Positions 1 to 7,615 of a stretch of DNA of 32,000 nucleotides are shown here, in pieces. The notes below the pieces were generated by a model, which was not told the origin of the DNA, made no database searches, and saw only the letters and a list, made by a program, of their open reading frames with translations. The DNA lies in the sequence record CM099552.1, one strand, 5' to 3'. Numbering within the stretch: position 1 is the stretch's first letter; each line of letters starts with the position of its first letter. Position numbers and translations under genes: made by a program.

Positions 1-1685
1 AGTTAAAGATTCAGGATGTAGGCTTGGAAGCAGCCATCATTTAAAGAAAGCGTAAATGCTCACTGATTTTTTTTATTTGTTTTTGTAGATGTACAGAGCC
101 TCAAGAGAATTACTGAAATTATAAAATAATCATTAGTAGCAAAATGCTTTGTATATGTTAAAGATAAATTCAAGAAATTTATTATTATATCAAAGGCAAT
201 CATATTGACATGAGTAACTTAAATAATGTGAGAAACATTATCACCGAAAGCCTAAGGGTTTCTAGTAAAAGGATTATCCAACTAGAGTTAGTCGATATCT
301 AAGAAAAAAACCAACGTTATTTTCAATGAAGATGAGTTTAAATTTACTCTACCTTTTTAGTAATGACAAATGATTTCTTATAAACCTCTTAAAAGGTTAT
401 TAATTAGTTGTTTCTGGAAAAATTACTAAATTTATTTGTTTTTATTAGAGATCGTACCCGAAACTGACACAAGTAGGCAAGTAGAGTATACTAAGGTGAT
501 TGAGGTAATAATATTGAAGGAACTCGGCAAAATAACTCTGTAACTTCGGAAGAAAGAGTTTTTCAAATAGATTTTTCTCTATTTGGAAAAAACAGAACAG
601 GGGAGAACGACTGTTTATCAAAAACACAGGACTTTGCTAAATTGAATAAATGAAGTATTAAGTCTGATGCCTGTCCGGTGCTGTAATTAAAAAGAGAAAA
701 GTTTAAAAGGCTTTTTTTATAATAACCAGTAAACGACGGTCCTATCTTGAGGATCCAAAGGTAGCGAAATTCCTTGTCATTTAATTGATGACCCGCATGA
801 ATGGCATAACGATTTTCCCACTGTCTCCAATATTAACTCAGTGAAATTGAATTTTCTGTGAAAATGCAGAGTCTTAGCAGTTAGACGGAAAGACCCTATG
901 CACCTTTACTATAATCATTTATTGTAATTAATTTGTTAATTATATAGGATATATATGTGAATTAAATTTATATTTATTCATTCTTGTAATAGTATTTTTT
1001 TAACGGTTAGTTACTACTTATTAATAATAAGATAATATGAATGATTGGTAGTTTGACTGGGGCGGTTGTCACCTAAATAGTAACGGTGATGTGCATAAAG
1101 TAAACTTCAACTATCTTGGTTTTAAAATATAATGGTATAAGTTTGCTTGACTGTTTAATAATCAAATTTAACAGGAACGTAAGTTGGTCATAGTGATCCG
1201 GTAATTCTGAGTGGAAAGATTATCGCTCAACGGATAAAAGGTACGCTAGGGATAACAGACTAATGACTTCCCAGAGTCCATATCTACGAAGTCGTTTGGT
1301 ACCTCGATGTCGGCTCATCACATCCTGGAGCTGCAGGTGGTTCCAAGGGTTTAGCTGTTCGCTAATTAAAGTGGTACGTGAGCTGGGTTCAGAACGGTGA
1401 GAACCAGTTCGGTCCCTATCTGCTGCTAGATTAAGAAAATAGAGAGGAACTTTTTTTTAGTACGAAAGGACTGAAAAAAGCATGCCTATGGTGTACCAAT
1501 TGTATATTAGGATATATGCATCGTTGGGTAGCTACGCATGTTGGAATAATTACTGAAAACATATAAGTAAGAAGTCTATCTCTTTTGTTTTCTATGAGAT
1601 AAGCGATAGAACATCGCTGTATAGGTTAGGAGTGTAAGCATGGCGACGTGTTTAGCTTACTAATACTAATAATCAAAAATATTTT
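1..1685 (+). rRNA. rnl: Large-subunit (23S-like) mitochondrial rRNA, 3' roughly 60 percent; the 5' end lies outside the window
   Basis: GTPase-centre-like GGATGTAGGCTTGGAAGCAGCCATCATTTAAAGAAAGCGTAAATGCTCACTG at 14-66. Domain V / peptidyl-transferase core GGATAACAGAC...TACCTCGATGTCGGCTCATCACATCCTGGAGCTG...GTGGTACGTGAGCTGGGTTCAGAACGGTGAGA at about 1249-1410. Sarcin-ricin loop AGTACGAAAGGAC at about 1460. Helix-101-like GTGTAAGC...TTAGCTTACTAATACTAATAATC at about 1633-1675. The 3' end is estimated to +/-20 nt by comparison with the E. coli 23S layout. Confidence 0.9.
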
Positions 1686-1711
1686 TTTTTGCCTTTATGT
1701 AACAATTAAAT

Positions 1712-1783
1712 TGCTGCATAGCTCAGTGGTAGAGCAGTTGACTGTTAATCAATTGGTCGAAGGTTCAAATCCTTCTGCAGCCG
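1712..1783 (+). tRNA. trnN: tRNA-Asn (anticodon GTT)
   Basis: Hand-folded cloverleaf. Acceptor TGCTGCA/TGCAGCC, D arm GCTC-AGTGGTA-GAGC, anticodon arm GTTGA-CTGTTAA-TCAAT, T arm GAAGG-TTCAAAT-CCTTC. Position 1:72 is a T.C mismatch; the other six acceptor pairs are Watson-Crick. Confidence 0.85.
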
Positions 1784-1814
1784 CTTTATAATAACACTTA
1801 TAAATTAATATAAT

Positions 1815-2798
1815 ATGCTTTTTTTTTTTTATAAAAATATCATTTTTTTTTTATTATTTTTAGTTTTTTTATTATTAACTATTGCTCTTACTACTCTTGT
1901 AGAACGTAAAGCAATGGCTTCTATACAACGTAGAAGAGGACCTAATGTAGTAGGTTTTTTTGGTTTTTTACAACCAATTGCAGATGGATTAAAGGCTTTT
2001 ATTAAAGAAATAGTATTGCCTAGTAACTCCAATCTGTTTATTTTTTTATTAGCTCCAGTGTTTACTTTTTTTTGTAGTATTTTATTATGGGTAGTTATAC
2101 CATTCGGTGAGAATAAAGTTTTAATAGATTTTCCTTTTTCATTATTATATTTATTAACAATTTCATCTTTAAGTGTATATGGTATTATATTTTCTGGTTG
2201 GTCTAGTAATTCTAAATATGCATTTTTAGGAGGATTAAGATCAGCAGCACAAATGATTTCATATGAAGTATGTATAGGTTTCGTTTTTATTGTTATGATC
2301 ATGATGACAGATAGCTTTAATTTAATTGATGTTGTAATAAATCAGGAATATGTTTGGTTTATATTACCTTTATTTCCACTTTGGTTGCTTTTTTTTATTT
2401 CTGCTTTAGCAGAAACAAACAGAGCACCTTTTGACTTACCAGAAGCAGAAGCAGAGTTAGTTGCAGGTTATAATGTAGAATATTCTTCTATTGCATTTGC
2501 TTTATTTTTCTTGGCTGAGTATGGTAATATAGTTTTAATGAGTTCTTTGTTAAGTATTTTTTTTTGGGGTGGTTGGTTAGCAATCCCTTTACCTTTTTTT
2601 AATTTATTACCTGATTTTGTTACTTTTGCATTAAAGGTAACAGTACATGTATTTACTTTTGTTTGGATTCGTGCAGCATTTCCTAGATATCGTTATGATC
2701 AATTAATGAAATTAGGGTGGAAAGTACTAATGCCTATAAGTGTGTTATTTGTGTATTTAATTAGTTTTATTTTATTAAATTTATATATTATTTTATAA
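1815..2798 (+). CDS. nad1: NADH dehydrogenase subunit 1
   Basis: 327-aa polytopic ORF with ND1/NuoH hallmarks [23 protein letters not shown]-like [37 protein letters not shown] and [16 protein letters not shown] stop. Confidence 0.95.
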   Translation: MLFFFYKNIIFFLLFLVFLLLTIALTTLVERKAMASIQRRRGPNVVGFFGFLQPIADGLKAFIKEIVLPSNSNLFIFLLAPVFTFFCSILLWVVIPFGENKVLIDFPFSLLYLLTISSLSVYGIIFSGWSSNSKYAFLGGLRSAAQMISYEVCIGFVFIVMIMMTDSFNLIDVVINQEYVWFILPLFPLWLLFFISALAETNRAPFDLPEAEAELVAGYNVEYSSIAFALFFLAEYGNIVLMSSLLSIFFWGGWLAIPLPFFNLLPDFVTFALKVTVHVFTFVWIRAAFPRYRYDQLMKLGWKVLMPISVLFVYLISFILLNLYIIL

Positions 2799-2808
2799 TT
2801 AATATCCA

Positions 2809-4032
2809 ATGTTTAATTATTTATTAAATAAATCAAAAACAAAAAAAGTAAAAAGAACTAATTTGTTTAATTTACCTTTAAAAAAAAAATATAAATTAAA
2901 ATTACGCATTAGTAGCCATAAACCAAATGTAAAAAAATATAGTTCTTTTGATTACTTTTATTGGAAATATATTTATGGTGATTTTGTGATTTCTAAATTT
3001 ATAAATTTTCTTGTAAAAAGTGGACATAAAAATCGTGCAATTAAATTATTTTTTAAAGCACTATTGAACCTAAAAACAAAATTTGGAATCAATCCGATTT
3101 TATTAATTAAATATATTGTGTTGAAACGTAATGTTTTACATAAAGTAACAAAAAAGAAAGTTAAACAAAAAACATTTTATAGTTTACGTTTATTAGATTT
3201 TGAAAAACAAATAAGCAACACTATAAAAAAAATAATGGAATTAATTTTTTTTTTAAAAAATAAAAAAAAAATTAAGTTATGGCAGAGTATTTTTTTAGTT
3301 TTATTGAACTTTTCTATTTTAAAAAATAAAAAAAAAAATACAGTACCTTTTTCTTATGATTCTGCTAATTTTAATATAAATGTATCAAAAGTACTACGTA
3401 CTTTTTCATTATTACGTTTTTTTAAACAAGTACGTAATAAATTCTTGCGCATTTATGTATCATTAAAAGGTTCTGTCTTTTTAATGAATAAAGTATTTAT
3501 CTTTTTTTATAGATTTAAAAAATATTTAAGAAGTAATTTATCGAGTATTACTTCTATGGATTTACCTTTTATTTTATCTTTATTATCATTTAATAAAAAT
3601 TTATATTTTTATTTAACTTGTATTAAGTATCGTTTAGCTATTTTCAATAGTATATTTGTTGAAAAATTAAAAAAATATAGAAATAAATTAAAAAATTTTT
3701 TTTTTTCTTTTAAACGTTTAAAAAATAGACATTTATTAAATAGAATTGATTTATTTAGAAAAAGAAAATATAAAAAAAGAATGTTATTACGTAACAAAGC
3801 TTTACTTCGTAGTAAATATAAACAACATTTCCTAACTCGTTTTTTCTTTAAAGATTTAAGCGATTTAAAAAAAGCTTCTAAATCTAAAAATTCATTTTTA
3901 AACTTTAAATTACGTAATAAAAAAAGAAAAGAATTATCTATTGGTACTCGTATCCATAGTAAACATGATGTTCGTTTGCGTCACAGAAAAATATTTTTTA
4001 GAGTTTCTAAATATGGACAAGTAAAAAAATAA
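2809..4032 (+). CDS. rps7: Probable ribosomal protein S7 (uS7), greatly expanded (407 aa against about 160-180 in bacteria)
   Basis: ISKFINFLVKSGHKNRAIKLFFKALLNL matches the uS7 signature (E. coli [28 protein letters not shown]). LHKVTKKKVKQKTFYSLRLL resembles VEVKSRRVGGSTYQVPVEV. The C-terminal KHDVRLRHRK resembles KREDVHRMAE. The rest is K/N/F-rich low complexity. Confidence 0.6.
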   Translation: MFNYLLNKSKTKKVKRTNLFNLPLKKKYKLKLRISSHKPNVKKYSSFDYFYWKYIYGDFVISKFINFLVKSGHKNRAIKLFFKALLNLKTKFGINPILLIKYIVLKRNVLHKVTKKKVKQKTFYSLRLLDFEKQISNTIKKIMELIFFLKNKKKIKLWQSIFLVLLNFSILKNKKKNTVPFSYDSANFNINVSKVLRTFSLLRFFKQVRNKFLRIYVSLKGSVFLMNKVFIFFYRFKKYLRSNLSSITSMDLPFILSLLSFNKNLYFYLTCIKYRLAIFNSIFVEKLKKYRNKLKNFFFSFKRLKNRHLLNRIDLFRKRKYKKRMLLRNKALLRSKYKQHFLTRFFFKDLSDLKKASKSKNSFLNFKLRNKKRKELSIGTRIHSKHDVRLRHRKIFFRVSKYGQVKK

Positions 4033-4042
4033 ATAGTAAATA

Positions 4043-4129
4043 ATGGCAGTACCAAAAAGAAAAAAAAGAAAAAAGTTTTCTACTTTAAAGAAAATAAAAA
4101 AAAAATTACAAAAACAAATGGTAATGTAA
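4043..4129 (+). CDS. rpl32: Candidate mini ribosomal protein L32 (bL32) ORF, 28 codons: MAVPKRKKRKKFSTLKKIKKKLQKQMVM
   Basis: Translated by hand and not in the supplied ORF track (under 60 aa). The N-terminus MAVPKRK followed by a basic run is the characteristic bL32 start (compare chloroplast MAVPKKRTS.SKKR, Bacillus MAVPFRRTSK). The TAA stop overlaps the first 2 nt of trnF. The product is much shorter than typical bL32. Confidence 0.45.
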   Translation: MAVPKRKKRKKFSTLKKIKKKLQKQMVM

Positions 4130-4198
4130 CTCGATAGCTCAGTGGCAGAGCATTGGACTGAAAATCCTTGAGCGATGGTTCGATTCCATCTCGAGACA
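4128..4198 (+). tRNA. trnF: tRNA-Phe (anticodon GAA), copy 1
   Basis: Cloverleaf: acceptor AACTCGA/TCGAGAC, D arm GCTC-AGTGGCA-GAGC, anticodon loop CTGAAAA, T arm GATGG-TTCGATT-CCATC. Acceptor positions 1:72 (A.C) and 2:71 (A.A) are mismatched; pairs 3-7 are perfect. The top two pairs of the anticodon stem are T.T. Confidence 0.85.
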
Positions 4199-4271
4199 CA
4201 TTATTAATGTCTAGTTTTATCCAGATATATAATTCAATTCACTTTAGTATTATTTCACAATTATAAAAAAA

Positions 4272-5924
4272 ATGAGCTATCTAAAAACATTAGAACAATT
4301 TTCAATTGGAAAAATTAAATCAATCCAAGATAACGTTATTATCGCAACAGGATTAGAAAATGTATTCGTTGGGGAAGTTGTAAAATTTAAATCCCAAGAA
4401 TCTAACTTATTAGGACAAGTACTTAACTTAGAAAAAAGCCAAGTACGTATTGTAATGATTAATGGATTACAATCACATTTAAAAAGTAACGATTTAGTAT
4501 ATAGAACATATAAAGATGTAAAAACTAAAGCAGGTTACGGAGTATTAGGAAGAGTAGTTTCCCCATTAGGAGAATGCTATAATGAAGAAGATTTTGATGA
4601 ATTAGCATATTTATTTGATGATATTTCATTAATTGAAGATGTTTCAGTAGAAATCCCAGCACCAGGTATTATTGAAAGAGAACCTGTAAGAGTACCTTTT
4701 TTAACAGGTATTAATGTAGTAGACTGTTTAATCCCAGTAGGATGTGGACAAAGAGAATTAATTATCGGAGACCAAAATACAGGTAAAACATCTTTAGCTA
4801 TTTCAGCAGTTTTAAATCAACGTTTAGTAAATAATGTAATCCATAAAAAATGGAGAGCTTTAGAAAGCGAAATTAAAATTGATAGACATAGTAATTTTAT
4901 TACTCGTATTTATGTTACAGTAGGAACAAGAAGATCTGAAGGAGCTCGTTTAAAAAAAATTTTAGATAAAATGGGAGCTTTAAATTATACATCAATGGTA
5001 TTTTCTCATGCAGATCAAGCAGCTGCTTTACAATTTATGGCACCTTATGCTGGTTGTGCAATTGGAGAATGGTTTAGAAATAAAGGATACCGTGCTATAG
5101 TTGTTTACGATGACTTGTCACAACATGCAGTAGCTTATCGTCAAATGTCACTACTATTAAAAAGACCACCAGGAAGAGAAGCTTATCCAGGAGATGTATT
5201 CTATGTTCATTCCAGATTATTAGAAAGAGCAGCACAATTACACAGAAACAAAGGAGCAGGATCATTAACAGCATTACCTGTTATTGAAACAAAAGGAGGT
5301 GATATTTCAGCTTATATTCCAACTAATGTAATTAGTATTACAGATGGACAAATTTTCTTATCTTCTCAATTAGCTAATCAAGGGGTACGTCCAGCAGTTA
5401 ACGTTGGTCTATCAGTAAGTAGAGTAGGATCATCTGCACAATATACAAGTGTAAATGGTATTTCTAAAAAAATTAAAGCTGATTATAGTATGTTTAAAAC
5501 ATATGAAAGTGTAGAAAAATTAGGAGGAGAAATCGATCCAATTGTATTATCATATATTGTAAGAGGAAAAAGAATTAATGTATATTTCCAACAATCTTTA
5601 TATGAAACATTACGTCTATACCAACAAGTAGTTTGTTTATTTGCTTTAGCAGAAGGTTTTGTAGATGAAATTGAATTAAATTGTGTTTCTAACTTCTTTG
5701 GTTTATTATTTAATACTCAATTAGCTGGTAAATATTTAGATTCTAAATATTATCCATTTGTATCATATTTAAACGAAATGGAATGTTTCTTTGTAAGTTA
5801 TGAAATTGATTTCTTTAGAAAAGATTTAAGAGCTTGGGTATCAAGTTATAAAGAATTCTTTTTAAAAAACATCCAACCACGTATCTTAGCAGATAAAAAA
5901 AAATTATTTTCCAATATTTTTTAA
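4272..5924 (+). CDS. atp1: ATP synthase F1 alpha subunit
   Basis: 550-aa ORF with a Walker A-like GDQNTGKTSLA, VVYDDLSQHAVAYRQMSLLLKRPPGREAYPGDVFYVHSRLLERAA, and ETKGGDISAYIPTNVISITDGQIFL. Confidence 0.95.
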   Translation: MSYLKTLEQFSIGKIKSIQDNVIIATGLENVFVGEVVKFKSQESNLLGQVLNLEKSQVRIVMINGLQSHLKSNDLVYRTYKDVKTKAGYGVLGRVVSPLGECYNEEDFDELAYLFDDISLIEDVSVEIPAPGIIEREPVRVPFLTGINVVDCLIPVGCGQRELIIGDQNTGKTSLAISAVLNQRLVNNVIHKKWRALESEIKIDRHSNFITRIYVTVGTRRSEGARLKKILDKMGALNYTSMVFSHADQAAALQFMAPYAGCAIGEWFRNKGYRAIVVYDDLSQHAVAYRQMSLLLKRPPGREAYPGDVFYVHSRLLERAAQLHRNKGAGSLTALPVIETKGGDISAYIPTNVISITDGQIFLSSQLANQGVRPAVNVGLSVSRVGSSAQYTSVNGISKKIKADYSMFKTYESVEKLGGEIDPIVLSYIVRGKRINVYFQQSLYETLRLYQQVVCLFALAEGFVDEIELNCVSNFFGLLFNTQLAGKYLDSKYYPFVSYLNEMECFFVSYEIDFFRKDLRAWVSSYKEFFLKNIQPRILADKKKLFSNIF

Positions 5925-5974
5925 GTAAGTCTTTTTAATTAAAATATACAATAAAACAAAAGTAATATAGCATA

Positions 5975-6907
5975 ATGAGTCCTATCGTTCATTTTATATA
6001 TATCTATATAGGAAGACCTGGTTTATCTCTAGCAGACAATAAACCTTTTTCTGAAATTTTTTTTGATAAATTTAAAAATTTACTAGATGATTACATAGTT
6101 AATTATCAAATAAAATATTTTTTTTATCTTTTATTTATTAGTTTTTTTTATTTAGAATTAAGTGAAGGTATGTTTCAACTATTACACAATTATAGTCCGT
6201 ATCATTTATCAATTTTCGGTAGTTTTTTAATTGATTTTTGTTATTCGTTATTTCGTATTGGTGTAGTAGATTTCTTTTATTCATATTTTGCTTTTAATTT
6301 AAACTCAATTGGTTATTTTTTTTCCTTACTTTCTCATAATAATATTTGGTTTAGTATTGTTGTTATGGGTATGATTGTTTGCTCAATTATTGATAAATAT
6401 GAAAATTTAAAAGATGAATTAAATTTAAGATTAGTTGCATTTTCTTACTTTGTTTATTCATTTTTTTTTTTTTTACTTTTTTATTTTAATATTTCTTCTT
6501 TAGGGTTTTATATTTCTTTTACTTTTTTTATTATACTTTTAAGTGTTTTAAATGCGAAAACAGTATTAAAACCTGTTGATGTAATCACTTTATTAGTAAT
6601 ATTATCATTTGTAGTTTTACCATACGTAATCTCTTTTTCACTATTTGTAGTTGCAACATGTTTAAGTTTAAATCAAAATTCACCATTTATCTATGGTAAA
6701 TTTTTGGACACAAATAAATTTAATTTAGATCCATCTTTTTTTGGTGATTTATTAATGGTAGGAGTACTTAGTTTTTTTATTATTCCTTTAGATTATGCAT
6801 ATTTTAGCCCAACTTTTTTTATTTTAAATTCTTTACCTTTTTTTATGTATATGATATATATATACAGAGATGATGTGTACGAACCAAGAGTAAAAAAAGA
6901 AGATTAA
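5975..6907 (+). CDS. Unassigned polytopic membrane protein (orf310)
   Basis: 310-aa uninterrupted ORF in a tightly packed same-strand gene array. It has multiple F/L/I/V-rich hydrophobic stretches consistent with about 8 or more TM helices. I recognise no diagnostic motif of nad2, atp6, tatC or ccm proteins. Confidence 0.5.
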   Translation: MSPIVHFIYIYIGRPGLSLADNKPFSEIFFDKFKNLLDDYIVNYQIKYFFYLLFISFFYLELSEGMFQLLHNYSPYHLSIFGSFLIDFCYSLFRIGVVDFFYSYFAFNLNSIGYFFSLLSHNNIWFSIVVMGMIVCSIIDKYENLKDELNLRLVAFSYFVYSFFFFLLFYFNISSLGFYISFTFFIILLSVLNAKTVLKPVDVITLLVILSFVVLPYVISFSLFVVATCLSLNQNSPFIYGKFLDTNKFNLDPSFFGDLLMVGVLSFFIIPLDYAYFSPTFFILNSLPFFMYMIYIYRDDVYEPRVKKED

Positions 6908-6918
6908 ATAATTTTTAT

Positions 6919-6989
6919 GTGGATATAGTTTAGTGGTAGAACATTGGTTTGTGGCACCAATAGTGTGGGTTCGATTCCCGCTATCCACC
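6919..6989 (+). tRNA. trnH: tRNA-His (anticodon GTG)
   Basis: Acceptor GTGGATA/TATCCAC (7 perfect pairs), D arm GTTT-AGTGGTA-GAAC, anticodon arm TTGGT-TTGTGGC-ACCAA, T arm GTGGG-TTCGATT-CCCGC, discriminator C. The nucleotide at -1 is T, not G. Confidence 0.88.
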
Positions 6990-7017
6990 CGTTATATACA
7001 AACAAATTAATAGTACT

Positions 7018-7281
7018 ATGATTTTTCATTTAATTATTCCTTTTTTTTTATTTATTGTTGGTATTTTTGGTATTTTTTTAAGTAGAAAGAATATTATTTT
7101 AGTAATTATGTCACTTGAATTATTATTACTTTCTATTAATTATTATTTAATTTTTTTTTCATATTTTTTAGATGATTTATTAGGCCAAGTATTTTCTCTA
7201 TTAATTTTAAGTGTTGCAGCTTCAGAATCTGCAATTGGCCTTGCAATTATTATTTCTTATTATAAACTATATTCATTATAG
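7018..7281 (+). CDS. nad4L: NADH dehydrogenase subunit 4L
   Basis: 87-aa three-helix protein with ND4L-typical LSRKNIILVIMSLELLLLSIN and LSVAASESAIGLAII. TAG stop. Confidence 0.92.
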   Translation: MIFHLIIPFFLFIVGIFGIFLSRKNIILVIMSLELLLLSINYYLIFFSYFLDDLLGQVFSLLILSVAASESAIGLAIIISYYKLYSL

Positions 7282-7295
7282 TAATTAATTAGTGG

Positions 7296-7367
7296 AGTAG
7301 GGTCGACTAATTGGGAGGTTATCAGACTCATGATCTGAAGATGTAGGTTCGAATCCTACCCCTGCTA
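7296..7367 (+). tRNA. trnM: tRNA with anticodon CAT (Met, or Ile if C34 is modified)
   Basis: Acceptor AGTAGGG/CCCTGCT (T3.G70 wobble, the rest Watson-Crick), D arm GACT-AATTGGGA-GGTT, anticodon arm TCAGA-CTCATGA-TCTGA, T arm GTAGG-TTCGAAT-CCTAC. Confidence 0.8.
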
Positions 7368-7383
7368 TATAAAACAAACCAAT

Positions 7384-7454
7384 AACTCGATAGCTCAGTG
7401 GCAGAGCATTGGACTGAAAATCCTTGAGCGATGGTTCGATTCCATCTCGAGGCA
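7384..7454 (+). tRNA. trnF: tRNA-Phe (anticodon GAA), copy 2
   Basis: 69 nt (7383-7451) are identical to 4127-4195. The 3' acceptor strand is TCGAGGC instead of TCGAGAC, so position 71 is G rather than A. Positions 1:72 (A.C) and 2:71 (A.G) are mismatched. Confidence 0.85.
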
Positions 7455-7480
7455 TATTTATATTTATTTATTTTTATAAA

Positions 7481-7615
7481 ATGAAATTGTTTAAATTTTA
7501 CGTGATTAATGAAGTTATTTTAATTGACGCAGATGGTTCAAGTAAGTGTAATTTTTTAGCTATTGATTTTAGCTTTTGCAATAATTATTATAATTTAGAA
7601 AATTATTTAATTTAA
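7481..7615 (+). CDS. Small unassigned ORF (44 codons), counted from the first ATG downstream of trnF
   Basis: The track ORF 7424-7615 begins inside trnF, so only the part from ATG 7481 (MKLFKFYVINEV...) could be real. Its TAA overlaps the ATG of the next ORF by 1 nt (TAATG). No homology recognised. Confidence 0.25.
   Translation: MKLFKFYVINEVILIDADGSSKCNFLAIDFSFCNNYYNLENYLI

Noticed and set aside
445-627. 60-aa minus-strand ORF
   Set aside because: It lies entirely inside the large-subunit rRNA gene and is a chance open frame.
1829-2302. 157-aa minus-strand ORF antisense to nad1
   Set aside because: It is the mirror frame of a well-conserved nad1 coding region. It has a K/N-rich composition typical of antisense AT-rich frames and no motif. 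Every verified gene is on the + strand.
3609-3797. 62-aa minus-strand ORF antisense to rps7
   Set aside because: It is a low-complexity antisense frame within a + strand CDS.
7424-7480. N-terminal 19 codons of the track ORF 7424-7615 (MSDGSIPSRGIF...)
   Set aside because: This part is the 3' half of trnF copy 2 read as protein. Only the portion from ATG 7481 could be coding.
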